Assembly (NCBI GenBank): GCA_965232885.1 | Contig: CBDDQX010000002.1 | Coordinates: forward strand, 671,211-735,210 | Reading direction: 5' to 3' | Source of the DNA: Dehalococcoidia bacterium | GTDB lineage: Bacteria; Chloroflexota; Dehalococcoidia; Lucifugimonadales; UBA3495 | DNA length: 64,000 nucleotides | Part shown: positions 62,234 to 64,000 of the stretch, in pieces | Position numbering within the stretch: position 1 is the first letter of the stretch | Layout: each line of letters begins with the position of its first letter | Translations under genes and position numbers: made by a program | The notes under the pieces: model-generated | What the model was told of the DNA's origin: nothing | Seen by the model: the letters and a program-made list of their open reading frames with translations, nothing else | The model's database searches: none

Positions 62234-63481
62234 ATGAACGAAAGCTCCTCGGGAGAGTTCAGGCGTGGCTGGCCCGTAGTTGCCGGCGCCTTTCTCATTC
62301 TCACCCTGGGCTTCGGCAGCGCCTATTCCTTCGGCGCCTTTTTCGCGCCCCTGGAGGACGAATTCGGGGCTTCGCGCGCCGCCGTATCCGTCGCGTTTTC
62401 CGCCGCAATTCTGGTCCTTTTCAGCGTCGGCCCGTTCAGCGGGACAGTAGCAGACCGCTTGGGGCCTCGGCTTCTGGTATCCGGGGGCGCGGCCCTCGTC
62501 GGCTGCGGCCTGATTGCGGCCAGCGCCGCCCAGTCGCTCTGGCAGGTACAGGCCGCTTTCGCCATCGGCGTTGGCGGCGGCGTTGGCTTCGCCTATGTCC
62601 CAGCCGTCGGCGCGGTTCAGAAGTGGTTCGACCGCCGTCGCGGACTTGCCTCCGGTATCGCAGTTTCCGGCATCGGAGCCGGCACCTTGGCAGTTCCTCC
62701 CATCGCCGCACTGATGATTGCCCAACTGGACTGGCGGCTTGCGTTGCTGTTGGTAGGCAGCGTCGTATTCGTTGCCGGAGGAGCATCCGGTCTGCTGGTC
62801 AGCAATCCGAAACGGCGAGCTGAATACTCCCCCTCGCAGATACAGACGCCGGAGGGCGTTTCTCTTTCTTTCGCCACCCGCTCCCGGCCCTTCTTCCTGC
62901 TGTTCCTGGGCTTCCTCCTAGCCTCCTTCGGACAGTTCACCCCTATCGCACACCTGGTTCCCTATGCCGAGGACCGGGGCATCTCACCCCAAACGGCGGC
63001 TGTCCTTCTCAGCCTGCTCGGAATTGGCAGCGCCGTGGGCCGCTTCACTATCGGAGCGGTGGCAGACCGCATTGGCCGTTGGAGAGGTCTCGGCCTGTCC
63101 TTCGGCGGCGTGGGGATAAGCTGCGTATTGTGGCTGGCCGGAGACGGCGTGATAGTCCTTGGTATCTTTGCTGTCCTCGTTGGCACTTTCTGGGGCGGCT
63201 CGGTGGCCTTGGCGCCATCGGTGATGGCCGACTACTTCGGCACCCGCTCGGTTAGCGGCATCATCGGCGTGCTATACGCCGGGGTGGGGTTTGGCGCGCT
63301 GGTAGGGCCGATAATCGCCGGTCTCGTCTTCGACGTGTGGCAGAGCTACACCGTGGCCATTCTCTACAGCATCATCGCGCCGGTCCTCGCTGCCGTAGCT
63401 GTGCTATCCGCCGAATCCCCGGAGCGATGGCGACTTCGCCACGCTCAAGCAGGGGAATCAGCAGCCCAATACCCGGCGTAA
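62234..63481 (+). CDS. MFS transporter (oxalate/formate antiporter or monocarboxylate-type)
   Basis: 12 TM segments, with WFDRRRGLASGIAVSGIGAG between TM2 and TM3 typical of the OFA/MCT subfamily. Confidence 0.7.
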   Translation: MNESSSGEFRRGWPVVAGAFLILTLGFGSAYSFGAFFAPLEDEFGASRAAVSVAFSAAILVLFSVGPFSGTVADRLGPRLLVSGGAALVGCGLIAASAAQSLWQVQAAFAIGVGGGVGFAYVPAVGAVQKWFDRRRGLASGIAVSGIGAGTLAVPPIAALMIAQLDWRLALLLVGSVVFVAGGASGLLVSNPKRRAEYSPSQIQTPEGVSLSFATRSRPFFLLFLGFLLASFGQFTPIAHLVPYAEDRGISPQTAAVLLSLLGIGSAVGRFTIGAVADRIGRWRGLGLSFGGVGISCVLWLAGDGVIVLGIFAVLVGTFWGGSVALAPSVMADYFGTRSVSGIIGVLYAGVGFGALVGPIIAGLVFDVWQSYTVAILYSIIAPVLAAVAVLSAESPERWRLRHAQAGESAAQYPA

Positions 63482-63575
63482 CAGACCGGCTATGCCAATT
63501 GACAGCGGGAACAGAGCGCGGATAACATTGAATAAGCGGGTTGCATCCTGGCGGCTGGCCGGATGGCCCTTCGGT

Positions 63576-63650
63576 GGCAACGTAGCTCAGCGGCAGAGCG
63601 GGCGCTTCATAAGCGCTAGGTCACTGGTTCGAATCCAGTCGTTGCCACCA
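63576..63650 (+). tRNA. tRNA with anticodon CAT (elongator Met, or Ile2 if lysidine-modified), with encoded CCA
   Basis: Manual cloverleaf:
- acceptor GGCAACG/CGTTGCC
- D arm GCTC-AGCGGCA-GAGC
- anticodon arm GGCGC-TTCATAA-GCGCT
- T arm ACTGG-TTCGAAT-CCAGT
- discriminator A plus CCA
G1:C72 and the lack of a GGG/CCC anticodon stem argue against initiator identity. Confidence 0.85.
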
Positions 63651-63672
63651 TTTTCTTTGTCTTCCCAAGATC

Positions 63673-64000
63673 CTAAATCTCCGGCAGACGGTAGGCCCGC
63701 GCAGCCGTGTTGTGGAACAGGTCGGCCTGTTCTCTTGCCGGGAAGTCGCGGGTTAATCGCTTGAATGCGTTCCAGCAAACGGTGTACGAGCAAGATTGCT
63801 TGTCTACCGGGAAATTGCTCTCGAACATACAGCGGTCCGCGCCGAACTTCTCGATGCTATAAAGGTAGTACGGGGCACCCGAAGCCGCTATCTCCCTCGA
63901 CCCCGGCGGGAAGGGCCGCTGATGCCAGTCAAACCCGCTGATGGGATTCCCCAGTCCTCCCACCTTCATCACCACATTGGGACACTCCGCAACGGCGTCA
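63673..64000 (-). CDS. amidohydrolase-2 family (PF04909-like) protein; the 3' part is visible and the gene continues past the window end
   Basis: The C-terminal block FGADRCMFESNFPVDK...LFHNTAARAYRL is typical of this metal-dependent hydrolase family. Confidence 0.55.
   Translation of the reverse strand, partial: DAVAECPNVVMKVGGLGNPISGFDWHQRPFPPGSREIAASGAPYYLYSIEKFGADRCMFESNFPVDKQSCSYTVCWNAFKRLTRDFPAREQADLFHNTAARAYRLPEI

Overview
GC-rich bacterial chromosomal segment with about 70 protein genes, mostly housekeeping. By eye, several short AT-richer islets interrupt it.

Recognisable core genes:
- coaE, rimI, an EndoQ-like PHP nuclease, a stand-alone groEL and selA
- an acyl-CoA dehydrogenase and a dcd-ribD-ribE-ribBA cluster
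- prfB with its +1 frameshift, two tandem CE7-type esterase paralogs, plsY and thrS
- a DUF255 thioredoxin-domain protein, monomeric icd and mdh
- an SdhA/SdhB/HdrB-like (type-E-like) succinate dehydrogenase, nadK and a NUDIX hydrolase
- an 11-gene nuoA-D,H-N operon without nuoEFG, a CaiB-type CoA transferase and rdgB
- moaA, rnhA, moaC, two MFS transporters and one tRNA(CAT)

Gene content weakly suggests a Chloroflexota/Dehalococcoidia-like lineage. This is inference only.

Accessory and unusual content:
- an IS630-family element with an A7 -1 frameshift site, inserted at the TA of a stop codon
- an IS4-family element with 17-bp TIRs and an 11-bp TSD, inserted into a REP-like hairpin
- a 225-bp MITE in two 100 % identical copies, each with its own 8-bp TSD
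- a REP-like hairpin family (CCCTCTCCC-loop-GGGAGAGGG-TTAGGGTGAGGGTGA) at ten or more sites, including inside the nuo operon
- a short hairpin module (GGCCC-TGAGCYTGTCGAA-GGGCC) embedded in-frame in rdgB, nuoD, nuoI and an esterase gene
- a vapBC pair, an orphan hicB-like gene, and a DUF4258-like/DUF2283 pair broken by a 17-bp tandem duplication
- a plant-type LRR lipoprotein built from 72-bp tandem repeats
- two AT-richer operons of uncharacterised small membrane or soluble proteins (2999-5712 and 34580-35597)

The two AT-richer operons are the best candidates for an undescribed system. I cannot assign a function to either from sequence alone. No CRISPR array, rRNA, retron, reverse transcriptase or recognisable defence enzyme was seen.
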